This document shows, one piece after another, positions 52,901 to 64,000 of a stretch of 64,000 bases of DNA. Position 1 is the stretch's first letter. Each line of letters opens with the position of its first letter. Position numbers and translations under genes: made by a program. The DNA is from Callorhinchus milii (lineage: Eukaryota), in the NCBI RefSeq assembly GCF_018977255.1, contig NW_024704742.1, positions 29,390,001 through 29,454,000 of the forward strand. Direction: 5' to 3'. Under the pieces are notes generated by a model. That model made no database searches. It was not told the origin of the DNA and worked only from the letters and a program-made list of their open reading frames with translations.

Positions 52901-55835
52901 TTGACTGTGATTTGTGGGCAAAATGCAGCAGCCAGTTGCGCACAGCAGTGTCCCAAAAACAGCTGTGAAATGAGTGACCAATTTTATTTGGGGGATTGTT
53001 GGCCAGGACTTATACCTCAATGCTGTGAGTCACCGCATAAACCACCAACCAGGAACAAATGTATTTTAAGAAAACAGCAAATGAGCAACAGCCGTAAGCA
53101 GTAATTCAAACAACAACCTATAACTTGATATTTTATAATCAATCACAAATAGCTACACCATGGGATAACTATTTTCCCCCATGTAATCAAAGTTGATCCT
53201 GAATGTTGAAAAATATCTGCATAATTTTTTTTAATTATTAGAACATTTTGGGGGGAGCAACTGTGAAACAATTCTTGCGTTGGTTGTGTTGCTGTAAATG
53301 GTACATCAACTAACCATTCAAGGAAAGGACGGTTTGTTTTACATTGATAATTTGTAAAACATGCTTGTAAACTCTTCACACAAGTGTCTTTCACTACCAC
53401 TAGAGTTCAATCAGAACTCTACAAAGAGCATTTTTGCAACAGTTAATTTATATAGCGTTCTGTTTGCTTCTTTGTTTGGTATTTACCAGGAGATTGCAGA
53501 CACGTGTTACAAAGTATTGAAGCTTTATTGTCAAACTACATTAAGAAAGTATAAGCTACACTGTACCTAAATACAATTTGACTTCCTGCAATGCTACACT
53601 TTTCAATACAGTAATTGAAAAAAACGTTTTCAAGTGGTGTGTCCTTGAAGCTAAACTGCTCCAAGGTGACGTGTTTGGAAACTGATTGTAGGAATCGAGC
53701 CAGCCCTCTGTGGCGCTCTTCGTAGACCCCTCAAGCCACTGAAACTCTTGTTCATGCCTTCATCACCTCCAGGCTCGACTATGCAAACGCCCTGCTTGTC
53801 GGCCTTCCCAACTCCTCCCTCCACAGGCTGCAGATAATCCAGAACAACAACAACAACAACAACAAGATTCCATTTATAAAGCGCCTTTCACATCAGGAGG
53901 ACGTCCCAAGGAGCTGGAACTGTGCAGCCCGTGTCCTCTCCCGCACCAAACTCCATGACCCCATCGCCCCCACTCTCGTCCGACTCCATTGGCTCCCTAT
54001 CCTTCAGAGGATCCAGTTCAAGATCCTGGTCCTCACTTACAAAGCCCTCCATGGCCTCGCCCCACCCTACCTCTGCAACCTCCTAACCCCCTACCAACCC
54101 ACCCGCTTCCTCTGCTCAGCCGGCTCTGGCCTGCTCCATGTCCCCCGACCCACCCGCCCCACCATTGGCGGAAGACCCTTCAGCCAACCTCTGAAATTCC
54201 ATCTCCCAATCATTCCACCTCGCCCCCTCCTTAGCCTCCTTCAAGTCCCGCCTCAAAACCCTCCTCTTACAGTATTCCAGGCCACAGCTGATAACAGCAC
54301 GGCCAGCCTGGCTTATCATGAGGACCCAGAAGGCCAGACTAGTCATCCCCTCAGCTCCTCTTAATACTGCAAACTAAAGCCCTAATAGGCAGAGTGGCCC
54401 TAACTGGACAAGCAGCGGGAAAGCTTGTCATACAGCGATATCAGTGGCAACCTGCCCCTAATACTCTCTGGAATTAGGTAAGCGGGAATGTGTCTCTCGA
54501 GGGAGACGGTGTGCATTCCATTCCAATAAATATCTCGGAAATTTCCATGTGTCGGTGGGATACATGAAATGCTCTGGTTTGGATACTCTTAAGCATGGTG
54601 ATGGTTGACCCCCCCCCAAAAAAAAAATATACAAACACATCTATATCTTTCTCACAGATGTTTTCTCACACATTGGTAAACGTTTGCTTATTTCTCACTG
54701 ACACTCTCTCACACACACACACACACTATTTCTCCCTTTCAGTTTTGCCAGGCAAAGCACGTTTTATAATAATAATAATAATAATAATCCTTGCATTTGA
54801 TATAGCGCTTTTCACGTCAGGAGGACGTCCCAAAGCGCTTCACAGAACACACTGTAAAGTGAAATGACTGTATATTTGTGGGCGAACGCGGCAGCCAATT
54901 GCGCACAGCAATGTCCCACAAACAGTCGTAGATTGAAAATGACCAATTTAATTATTGTTTTTGGTTTTTTGGAGGGATTATTATTAGGCTCTGTGTGGAG
55001 TAAGGAAACTTGCCCAAGGTTTCGCCCTCTGCCTGGAATTAAACTCAGGTCTCTCACTTGCAAAGCGAGTGCTCTAACCACTGAGCTACAGAACTCTTTA
55101 TACTTGTTTTGTCTGTCTTGCACAAAACTTCAAATCATATAAGGTACAAATGCATCACTCTGGATATTGCAGGCATGAGAACGTTAGATTCAATCCTTTC
55201 TGGTCGATCTGGTTTAAATTGCTGACTCTGCTTAGCACAGCTCAGCGCTTGGGGGCAAAATGACTTGGGATTTCATAACAAGCAATAAAAACACAAGTTG
55301 CATTTCCAGCTCTTACATAAAATCCTCAGCGAATACTAAAAAACCCTCTGTGCGTGTTTTTCCTCGATAGGGATTTCGTTTGCAATAGGGATCAGCCTTC
55401 AGAACCGAGCCAGTGACCTTCAGCTCTCCTACACAGGGTATTTGCAATCATTGCAGCATCTGCCCAGCAAATACACTGATGCTTTTGCGAGCTTTCCTGT
55501 GGCTTTCAACACAACGGATTGCAAATGCACCAACAGTGGACTATACTTCACATGAAGTAGATTATTACTGCAATTGTAATCCTCCGTCTTGGGAGTCAAA
55601 TTCCTTGCAAAGTGGACAGGTGGGAAGAGAGACCAACACGGTGCATGGATTTAAAGGGGGTTCTCTCTGGAGAGGCAAGTCAGCCCCTGTGCCCTCTCAG
55701 GGGGTCAAATGGTCCCATCTATTTTGCTGCATCGCAATACTCACGGTTTTTGTACACATCCCTGACGAGTCGGGAAGAGGAGGATGGTTTTGCCAGTGGG
55801 GAGAGTCTGTGCAATGCTGTCCTGCAGAGGTACAT
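28861..55835 (-). CDS. MGARP: MGARP, mitochondria-localized glutamic acid-rich protein; join 55835-55745, 44512-44406, 43780-43690, 38863-38699, 30863-30711, 29953-29639, 28913-28861; ~324 aa
   Basis: N-terminus [14 protein letters not shown]... followed by [45 protein letters not shown], resembling MGARP MYL...RMSSNRFPG.SG.NMIYYLVVG...SAGGYY.YKT. Glu/Ala/Pro-rich phase-1 exons follow. The gene is adjacent to NDUFC1 on the same strand, as in mammals. Confidence 0.88.
29639..29953 (-). CDS. MGARP: MGARP acidic exon 6
   Basis: ttggtttcag| [24 protein letters not shown]...DLVQDVK G|gtatgt; 315 bp, phase 1-1, Glu/Pro/Thr-rich. Confidence 0.75.
30365..30466. repeat. 22-bp tandem repeat (ccaccctctcccccgatcaccc) x ~4.5
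   Basis: Units read directly; the CG recurs every 22 bp. Confidence 0.9.
30711..30863 (-). CDS. MGARP: MGARP acidic exon 5
   Basis: ttctatttttatag| [37 protein letters not shown]... G|gtgttc; 153 bp, phase 1-1. Confidence 0.72.
35210..36290 (+). mobile_element. L2-clade LINE ORF2 fragment, directly preceded by a CR1-like 3' fragment (34975-35210)
   Basis: [13 protein letters not shown] and [10 protein letters not shown] motifs; homologous to the copy at 18975-20060. Confidence 0.9.
38699..38863 (-). CDS. MGARP: MGARP acidic exon 4
   Basis: 165 bp phase 1-1 open exon [34 protein letters not shown]...; splice sites are moderately weak. Confidence 0.75.
40255..40570 (-). mobile_element. full-length tRNA-Ala-derived SINE
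   Basis: Head ctcgc-tt-TGC-aa-gcgag, central domain and (tta)n tail. Confidence 0.9.
41902..42007. mobile_element. Tc1/mariner-type MITE (second copy at 57219-57344)
   Basis: TA|CAGGGTTGATCGAAAAGT ... ACTTTTTGGTCACCCTG|TA: imperfect terminal inverted repeats with a TA target-site duplication. Confidence 0.7.
43301..43620 (-). mobile_element. full-length tRNA-derived SINE
   Basis: Same family. Confidence 0.9.
43690..43780 (-). CDS. MGARP: MGARP coding exon 3
   Basis: tttatatag| [30 protein letters not shown] |gtaagt, phase 0 to 1. Confidence 0.9.
43900..44345 (-). mobile_element. older, longer SINE sharing the central domain (Deu-domain-like); related copies at ~2440-2840, 27660-28105, 34430-34750, 56210-56645, 60645-60960, 62270-62600
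   Basis: Head cagcttggtgcagtggtagcactctcacctctgagtcagaagg, shared ccacctgaacagacag segment and the same tail. Confidence 0.75.
44406..44512 (-). CDS. MGARP: MGARP coding exon 2 (transmembrane segment)
   Basis: ctctgctccacag| [35 protein letters not shown] |gtaagt. Confidence 0.92.
45350..45643 (-). mobile_element. near full-length tRNA-derived SINE
   Basis: Same family, with a small deletion in the tail. Confidence 0.88.
49678..50034 (-). mobile_element. tRNA-derived SINE, variant with a different linker
   Basis: Same head and tail; 49850-49935 differs from the other copies. Confidence 0.85.
50180..51070 (-). mobile_element. CR1-clade LINE RT/3' fragment, degraded
   Basis: GVPQGSVL motif at ~51040-51067 on the minus strand, followed by CR1-like downstream sequence. 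Confidence 0.7.
53725..54268 (+). mobile_element. L2 3' ORF2 fragment interrupted by an inverted tail fragment (53843-53918)
   Basis: [18 protein letters not shown] and LHWLPI motifs; similar to 61490-61940. Confidence 0.88.
54765..55096 (-). mobile_element. full-length tRNA-derived SINE
   Basis: Highly similar to the copy at 40255-40570. Confidence 0.9.
55745..55835 (-). CDS. MGARP: MGARP coding exon 1
   Basis: [30 protein letters not shown]; donor C|gtgagt, phase 1. Confidence 0.88.
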
Positions 55836-58604
55836 CGCGTCTATTCGGGAGTTCTTGTCTGTGGTGAGAGAGATCCCACTGCCAGAGTAAAGCAGATGTG
55901 TGTGTGAGTGAGTGAGAGTGAGTGACTGTGTGTCTCTCAGCTCACTCCCACAATAACGTCACATCCAGCACAGGCACCAATGTGGCAGCAACAACATAGC
56001 ACAGTCCCTCCTGCTTTGCAAATCTGATTACAACATTTGCTCGTGGCTCTTATAATAAATAAAACGTTAACCTTGCTTTGCTGCATTGTACTTGAATCTG
56101 CTCCAGCTGTTCCACAGCTGGAAATATAACACAGCAGATGACAAGTTCCACTGAAACAGCATTCCCAATACCTTTGACCGCCGTTGTATTCCCACTGTTA
56201 TTATTTGCGATAATCCTTGCATTTGATACAGTACCTTATCATTGTCACTCAGCACTTCACGTGATTTATTTTAAAATCGAACGACTGCGTATATTTTGCG
56301 GACGAAATGCAGAAGCCGGTCTTGCACACGGCAATTTGGCACAAACAGCCATGGAACGAGTGACCAATTATTTTAAAATCTGGGGCACTGTTGGTCAGGG
56401 ACACCAGGAGAAACTCCCTTTTCTTTTCAAATAGTGGGAATCGTTAACGTCCACCTGAATAGGCAGATGCGACCTGGGCTTAACGTCTCATCCGAAGGAG
56501 GCACCTCTGATAATGTAACACACTCCCAGCACTGCACCGGGATGTGATCTTAAGACTGTGTGATTCCACGTTCCAACATGTGGCTTGTACCCTTCTGAGG
56601 TTCTGGGTTCAGAGGTGAGAACGCTACCACTGAGCAAGACTGACACATAGTAAATAATAATAATAATCCTTGCATTTGATATAGCGCTTTTCACGTCTGC
56701 TAGATGTCTCAAGGCGCTTCACAGAATATACAGTAAAGTGACTTGACTATATTTGTGGGCTAAACGCGGCAGCCAATTGCGCACAGCAATGTCCCACAAA
56801 CAGTCATGGATTGAAAATGACCAATTTATTATTGTTTTGTAAAGTGAGGTGACTGTATTTTACAGGCAAACACAGCAGCCAATTTGCACACAGCAATGTC
56901 CCACAAACAGCTGTGACATGAATGACCAATATTTATTTATCAATATGCAGATGTGTCTGATGTGTACAACCTGAGCCTGCTCCTGTTAAATTACACAGTG
57001 TAGACTGGTTTACACTGAATGATGCCACAAACGACCCATAGACAGTCAAGGATGGGAGCTTGGGTGAGCAAGATTAAAAAGATGTGCCTTCATTAAAAAG
57101 CAATTTATTTAACATCACTGTTTAATATTAGAGACTCTCTCAGGATTAGAAGTAAGTTGATCTATTCCCAATTGATTAGCCAAGTATACAAACATTTAAA
57201 TGAGGAATTAAGTAAATACATGGTGACCACAAAGCCTTAATTTGCAAAAAGCCTTAATTTGCAACTACCCTATTATCTAAAAAAAACCATTTCTTTAAAA
57301 CTTATTAGACATTTTAATGGTAGCACAACTTTTTGGTCATCCTGTACTTGAGGAAAAATAATGTTAATGGGTATGTGGAAAGAGCAGGGGATGGTATCAA
57401 AAAGATCCTCCTGTGGGAGCTGGCACCAGTGCAGCAACAGTGAGCCAGATAGTCTTCTATAAAAATATTTTATTCACCTACAAAATAGTCACTGCATATT
57501 ACAGTAAATCCTGTGAGTTTCTGAGATGTTGTCCCGACATAAAAGGCACATTAAATACAAGGATTATTAGTCTATAAAATCTACTTTTTTTGCATCAATT
57601 CTCAGTCTCTGTTGACTCTCTCTCCTGAAGGCAGAGAGATTGGCTGGAGTTCAGTTTTATAGTGCTAGCCATTCTCCATACCTTGTGCATACAAACATTT
57701 TCTTCTTGTGGATTCCAGGCAGTGTGCACACCCACCTTTTGACTGTTCTTATTTCTTGCCAATATACTTTTCTTATTGTGAATAACCACATTGGATTGAG
57801 AACTCAGTGCTGATGCCTTCAGAGGAGACTTGAACAATGTCTCTCAAGGATTGACTGCGATGCTCCTGTCATGGTCAGATAGTCAACAACACTTATTACT
57901 TAGATTCACATATGAATAGCCTTTAGCAAATGTACAGGAAATTGGAAAAGCCTGCTGTCAATCATAGATTTATACTTTCCACTCAGCACCAAAAGACGAA
58001 AATGTGGGGGAGAGAAGGAAAAATCCCTTCTCAGACTCAACCCCACTTGTTTCAGAGGGAAATAGATATTTCCATTGTCCACACCAATGAATGGACAGCC
58101 TTGTGGGTTCACCGATTTTATTGTGAATAATAATGATGATCCTTGCGTTTGATACAGTACCTAAACACACTGACATGTCTCAAAGCGCTTCAATTTTCTG
58201 TAAATAAGCAGTTTTGGAAATTGAGTTGAGATAGCTGCCACTCATTTGATGCAAGACGATTATCGAGAACCTGGGTTTGAACTGAAGCTAGATCCCAATC
58301 GACAACACCTTCCATTTATATAGAAGTTCACACCAGACGCCTTGGAACGCTTAAGGCCATTGCTAAACCACTGCTTGTTTGCTGCATCCATTGACATTTC
58401 CTATTTTCATCTCATTGTCCCAGCAAATAACTAGTGGATCCAGAAATTACAATTTAATCAGGAGACATACACTACTGATAAAACCAACAATTTCTTAGTG
58501 GATATCCGAAACCAATGGGGTAGGAATTGAGCTAATTTTTAATCCATCTTTTTAAGATGAAAATGATGAAAATGCAACACTGTGTGAGGGACAGAAGAAA
58601 CAAG

Positions 58605-58804
58605 ACACAGACCTTTTTCTCTTAATTTATTTCAGAATAAATCTGTCTCTTGAGCATAAAGCAAAAGAAATTTAAACATTTGTGTACATTTTTCAATTTG
58701 CGGGATAGAATCTTCTTGCTCCACGAAGTTTCATAGTCAGGTTAACCCATGGCTCCTTGGAATCTCGACTCCAGGCCTTTCCTTCACTTACATGTTTTTA
58801 AGCA
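58605..58804 (-). other. NDUFC1: probable non-coding 3' UTR terminal exon of NDUFC1
   Basis: Donor CAG|gtatac at 59227, strong acceptor ttttcttttgcag| at 58804, and AATAAA on the minus strand at 58631-58626; the 3' end is approximate. Confidence 0.6.
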
Positions 58805-59237
58805 CTGCAAAAGAAAATAGGAACCAGTTTCATTTACAATATAACACATCAAAGAGCTTCCTGAATAGTGTAATGGAATAACTGTACTGTGTTTCTGCAG
58901 CAGGTGGATCAGGACAGAATTAGCCTGGACTTCTTGACTTGGATGCCCCCATAGTCAAACAGTCCATCAACATTCACTGCCTGGGCTCACTGTGTGAAGA
59001 ATCGTCACATAAGCAAGTTATAAGACAGTTAACAGTCTAATTTCCCATTCTTTATGGATAATCAAGGTCCTTCCGTACTATAGATGCTTCATTATCTGCC
59101 AGTTGCAATTGTTCATCAGGTGCTCAATTATGACCGGTCACACTGGTTCCCGCATAACAAAGCATGTGTCAAAGCCCTTATTTGTAGACTCAGGTGAAAC
59201 CCAAGAGACTAATACTTACAGTATACCTGGTGGTGAG

Positions 59238-59297
59238 TTACTCGATTCCATTTAGCCTATTGTATTCCTTGACATCATCATCATGTTGCTTGAAGAG
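59238..59297 (-). CDS. NDUFC1: NDUFC1 coding exon 3 (exon continues to a donor at 59227)
   Basis: gtttag|CTC TTC AAG CAA CAT...; LFKQHDDDVKEYNRLNGIE then TAA. Confidence 0.93.
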   Translation of the reverse strand, partial: LFKQHDDDVKEYNRLNGIE

Positions 59298-62200
59298 CTA
59301 AACGTTCATGAGAAAATACAGTGAGGCAAATACAACGCTCTGCTTTGTAACTCTAAATGTTATTACATTCCGAAAATATCAGCCGCTTTAATTACACACA
59401 AGCTCTCAAAATAGGGTATTATTTTGGAGATTATTATTATTACGTGTCACTCACCAACTCCCTCTGCGTGAATTATTATGGGATGTCTTTACATACAAAC
59501 ATTGTCATTGTTCCGCTTTTCAACACAGCCACTCCTTATTTTGAAGCTATATATCTGAGGCTCCACTGGACGCAGCAACCTCACAGCTCCAGCATACGTG
59601 TATTTTAACCCACAGTTAGTTACAAAGCAAATTCCACCCTCGGATAGCAGGAGTGATGAACAGGCGGCAATCATGCTAGGCTACAACAAATACTCATCAA
59701 CATTTTGCTAACATGATTTCAATCCATCAGTTTACCGTGTATCCTTGTAATTCACTTCCTGGCTATTATTGTACATCAGACACACAAACCTACCTACCGT
59801 GGCTCTGTGTTGAAATAAGCTGTTAATTGATTGTTTTCATCCATCCAAGGTGGAAGCATCAATTACTTGCAATTATGTAGCACCTTTCATGATGAGAGGA
59901 ATTAAAGCATTTCACACCACTGACAGGAGTCAGAGAGCTGAAGAGGGTGGGGGCATAGAAGGTGTTTGACAAGGGCTTGGAGGGGCTTAGCACTCCCAAA
60001 CTCGCTGTGTCTCAGACCCGCAGGTTTTCTTCTCCTCGTCACTGACACAAATCCTACAGTTGCTGTTTATATATGGGTTATTTCATAACATTAAAAAAAA
60101 GTAAAAAGGGGTTAAAAATGAGTGTCAGAAATGGCTGCAAAAGGCTGAAAATTCATGAGCAGTTGTGGGGAGTCACCGCCAGACCCACCAATACTCTGCC
60201 CCTAGATCTCGCTGAGGGCCTCTGGCAACCCCCAGACCCCTCGCTTTAAAGTGTAATTTTTCTGAAATAACATCTCTGCTTTCACCTCAGCTCCCCAATG
60301 TAAAAGTCAAAAAAGAGGATGGGGGAGGGGAGATAGAGCTGTAGTGTGCGGGGTAAGCGTACAGAGCAAACACTCATTCGAAAACACTGGTCTTCAGGTG
60401 TGCTTTAAAGTTGGGGAGGTAGGGGGCAAGGCAGAGGGACTCTGGGATAGAGTTACAGAGAGCAGGGGCCGAATGGCTGAAAGATGGCCTAGCAATGGTG
60501 GGGCAGATTGGATTTTGTACAAAAAAACATGATGATACCATACAGTACACATAAGACAATGAATGTCACTTTAACGCACTGCAACATTAATGTTGAAGCT
60601 GAGAACTGCAAGTGTAAGATGCATGCTGACCACAGTTCCACCCAAATAATAATCCTTGCATTTGATATAGTGTCTTGTCATGTAATTGAGACGGCTTAAA
60701 GTGCTCCACAGGATATATTGTGAAGTGGATTGACTGTGTATTTGTGGGTGAAATGCAGCAGCCAGTTTGCGCACCTCAACGTCCCACAAATAGTCATGGA
60801 GTGAGTGACCAATTTTATTTGGGGGATTTGTTGACTAGTACACCGGGAGAAACTCCCTTCTCTTTTTGAATAATGCTGTGGGACCTTCAATGAGATGTTA
60901 AACTGAGGCCCCAGCGTGAAGCAGACCAGGGCCTCATTTTAACCTCTCGTCCAAAAGATGGCAAAGGTGAGACAGAAAACAGAAAGCCGAAAATAAAGAG
61001 TGAAAATAAAGAGTTCTGCACAGAAATGTGACACATCTAACTTCATTATTGCATTAAAATATCACCTAAAATATAAATTGTCCCAGAGGCCACTTTTTGG
61101 TTAGATCTGTTGTGCCCATTAAGACAGAACCACTTACCAGAGTCCATATTGCTATTGAGGTGCCAAATGCCAGGCCAACACGCAGCCAATTGGGTTTAGT
61201 GTAGTCGGGTTTTGTTGCAGTGAAGGCAGAACGTGTAAACACTGAAATGCAGAAAACATGCTTGATTATTCAGCCAAACACGGTTAGGTTTAATTGATGT
61301 AGTTCTTCCAAAATAATTCCTGCATAGACTCATCCTATGGGTGAGGCTTGGGGACCCCAGAGGGTACTTTGGGGTATTGCTGGTGTCTAACCAGCTAAAA
61401 TCTCATAGCTTACCACATCCAAGCCATGACCCGCTCTGCCTTCCCTCACCTCCGTAACATCGCCCGACGCCGCCACTACCTCACCCCTCAGGCCTCTGAA
61501 ACTCTTGTTCGTGCCTTCATCACCTCCAGGCTCGACTATGCAAANCCCCCTGCTTGTCGGCCTTCCCAACTCCTCCCTCCACAGGCTGCAGATAATCCAG
61601 AACTCTGCAGCCCGTGTCCTCTCCCACACCAAACTCCGTGACCCCATCTACCCCACTCTCACCCGACTCCATTGGCTCCCTATCCTTCAGAAGATCCACT
61701 TCAAGATCCTGGTCCTCACCTACAGAGCCCTCCATGGCATTGCCTCACCCTACCTCTGCGACCTCCTAACCCCCTACCAACCCGCCCGCTCCCTCCGCTC
61801 AGCCGACTCCGGCCTCCTCCATGTCCCCCGACCCGAGAGCCTTCAGCCACTCTGCTCCCAACCTCTGGAATTCCATCCCCCAATCACTCCGCCTCACCCC
61901 CTCTTTAGACTCCTTCAAGTCCCACCTTAAGACCCTCCTTTTCGACCATGCCATCGGCCACTCCCCCTTCCCCTCTCCCCCCCCGACCCCAGCTCGGGTC
62001 TGAAATGCTGTACGCTGTCCAGCGCCTTGGGACGTCCTCCCGACGTGAAAGGTGCTACACAAATGTAATCTTGTTGTTGTTGTTGCTGAGAGCCCGGTCT
62101 GACAAGCTGCCAGGTAGGATCACCTGTCTTGCAGGAGCTGAGTGGAAGGTTCCCTGCCCCTGGTGACCGGTGTCCGCTCCTCTAAGTATCGCCAATGAGG

Positions 62201-62784
62201 CCCAGATTGGCTGATCCGTCGCCAGCTTTATCGCCCAATTCCACACATTGAAATTTGTCAGTCATTCCATCTTTCGTGCAAGTTTGTGGGGGCGCTCCTG
62301 TGCACACATGTTATCTGGGGGGGTGGGGGGTGGGGGTGGGGGGGGTTGTTGGCCAGGACGCCGGGGGAGAAACCCCTTTCTGTTTGTGCATTAGCGCCGC
62401 GGGATCTTTAATGTCCAGGTGGGCGGTGGGGGGGGCTGCGGGGCTCGGTCTAACATCTCCGCTTAGCCCGAAGGACGGCGAGTCGGACTGCGTGGGGCTC
62501 CCCCAGCATTGCCCTGCAGTGTCAGCCTCAAAGTCCTGACCCATGGGGGGGGGTGGGGGGGGACTTGAACCCACAACCTCCAGCCCCAGAGGTGACTGAG
62601 TCACATGGCTGCCCCCAGCAATGAAGGTCCCACACGTGAGGGGAGGGGGCGGGGCGATCGCGAGGGTCCATTGTCCACGACACAAAGGGTGACCCTACCC
62701 CAGGCACCGCCCCCCCCCCCGTTACTCACTGTGACAGACGGCGGCGGAGCGGAACAGCCCGCGGGTCACCGTCACCATCATCAT
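59238..62784 (-). CDS. NDUFC1: NADH dehydrogenase 1 subunit C1 (KFYI), mitochondrial; spliced CDS join 62784-62730, 61241-61138, 59297-59238; 72 aa
   Basis: Three GT-AG exons join in frame to MMMVTVTRGLFRSAAVCHMFTRSAFTATKPDYTKPNWLRVGLAFGTSIAIWTLLFKQHDDDVKEYNRLNGIE*. This matches the NDUFC1 pattern KP.WL.VG...GT....W..L.KQH..D..EY...NG.E. Confidence 0.95.
61138..61241 (-). CDS. NDUFC1: NDUFC1 coding exon 2
   Basis: ttttctgcatttcag| ... CTG|gtaagt; 104 bp; FTRSAFTATKPDYTKPNWLRVGLAFGTSIAIWTL. Confidence 0.95.
61387..62086 (+). mobile_element. L2 LINE 3' end including 3' UTR and (ttg)n tail, in NDUFC1 intron 1
   Basis: [33 protein letters not shown] and FKSHLKT motifs, then tail gcgccttgggacgtcctcccgacgtgaaagg...(ttg)n; one N at 61545. 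Confidence 0.92.
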
Positions 62785-63010
62785 CGTGTGTGTGTGTGTG
62801 TGAGTGTGTGTGTGACCTTCCGCTCCGACCGATCTCTGCGATCCACCGCCCAGGGTCTGCAGGCAGGAGCAATCGATCCCAGCCGGCTCTCGCGTCACGT
62901 GATCCGAGGCCGCGACCACACCCCCCCCGTCACGTGACCGGGGGCTGCCGCCAAATGCCGCCCGGTTGGGCGGGTTTGGGTTGTGACTGCGGCTTTGGGC
63001 GGGTTCCTGA
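62600..63010. promoter_or_regulatory. CpG-rich promoter region of NDUFC1 with two extended E-boxes
   Basis: Dense CpG in an otherwise CpG-poor window; GTCACGTGAT at 62894-62903 and GTCACGTGAC at 62929-62938, upstream of the start codon. Confidence 0.75.
62730..62784 (-). CDS. NDUFC1: NDUFC1 coding exon 1 (mitochondrial presequence)
   Basis: ATG ATG ATG start, Arg/Ser/Ala-rich with no acidic residues, donor A|gtgagt in phase 1, located in a CpG-rich region. Confidence 0.88.
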
Positions 63011-64000
63011 TTTTTTTTTAAAAAAAACCACGTTTAAAGGTTTAGAACAAACGCAAAATGTTTATTTTTTCTTGCTTTTGGGGACACTTTTTTTACACCG
63101 TTGCAAAAAAAAAACACTGAACCTAAATTGGCCACTCTGCCCCCCATAGCAGGCAATGCATAATGTTGAGTCAGTATTTGGTGGACTTTGGGCTACAAAG
63201 TATTTTAATTTCTGGCCAAACCTACACACACTGTCCTCTCCCTCTCTCACACACACTCCCCCCCACCCCACCTTCTCGCCCCTCCAGATAGACCGCTAAA
63301 GATGCAGTCACTACAGTTCACAGAAAATAATGCTTGAGAAGATATATCGACGTGATAACATGCAGCACCAAATTCAAGCACTGGAATGGAAATACATTCT
63401 GTCCTGATATCGCAGATTGTCACAGTTACCCTGTTTTTGCAATCCTTAGTAATATGTAAATATATATATAGTATTATTTAAGGGAAATAATTAGATTCTG
63501 GTTAAGAGAAAGCTTCTTGCAGAAGCTGTTTGCAAGAACTAGCAAACGGCAGACGTGAGGTCCCCAAATTGCAACACTATCTGGGCTTTGGGTTGCTTGA
63601 TTGACAGGCAGTTAGCAAACAACCTGGAAAATCCGTGCACGCTCACACGGGAAAAGGCCTTCACATTCGCGTCATATGGTCAGCGGGGACCAGGCGCCTA
63701 TAAAAACCAATGCTCTGTGTGCCTCGCGGTCTCTGTCTAATGGTGGTCATCCGGCTGGCCTCGCTGACAACCCAACGCACTGGGGCCCCAACCGCTCACA
63801 GGGCAACATAAGGGGACGCTCACCGTATAGACGATCAGCCCCGAAAAGGGAATGTAATGCAAAGAACGGAATGTTATGTATCAGGACACATGGGAAAAAT
63901 GTAACCAAAGATGTTGTATTTGTACCAAATACTATATTTACAAATAAATATATATTTTCAAGAAAATAGGTGGACAGGACTATTGTACAAGTCAGGTTGG

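Noticed and set aside
55612..55890. Plus-strand 92-aa ORF, and the 164-aa ORF 55413-55907
   Set aside because: Antisense shadow of MGARP exon 1

Overview
Vertebrate (eukaryotic) genomic DNA, rich in tRNA-Ala-headed SINEs and in L2 and CR1 LINE fragments. The repeat set resembles that of a cartilaginous fish, probably a chimaera (inference). All recognisable genes are on the minus strand. From right to left: a CpG-rich promoter with paired GTCACGTGA E-boxes; an intact 3-coding-exon NDUFC1 (72 aa); and a 7-coding-exon MGARP (~324 aa, 55835-28861). Next come three decayed loci: a phase-compatible chain of stop-containing exons (27488-23130) encoding an unidentified ~300-aa domain that looks like a lost C-terminal extension of MGARP, an OTOP1-like fragment with a frameshift, and an SLC22A4/5 (OCTN)-like gene with a nonsense codon at position 18 and only exons 1-3 found. 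At the left are probable non-coding 5' exons of the next gene (ELF2 by mammalian synteny only), whose first exon lies between a 1.3-kb pentamer minisatellite and a 1.2-kb G-free CT/CA tract. Most ORFs in the supplied track are repeat-derived or spurious. All gene models were assembled by eye from splice sites and remembered protein sequences; no database search was run.
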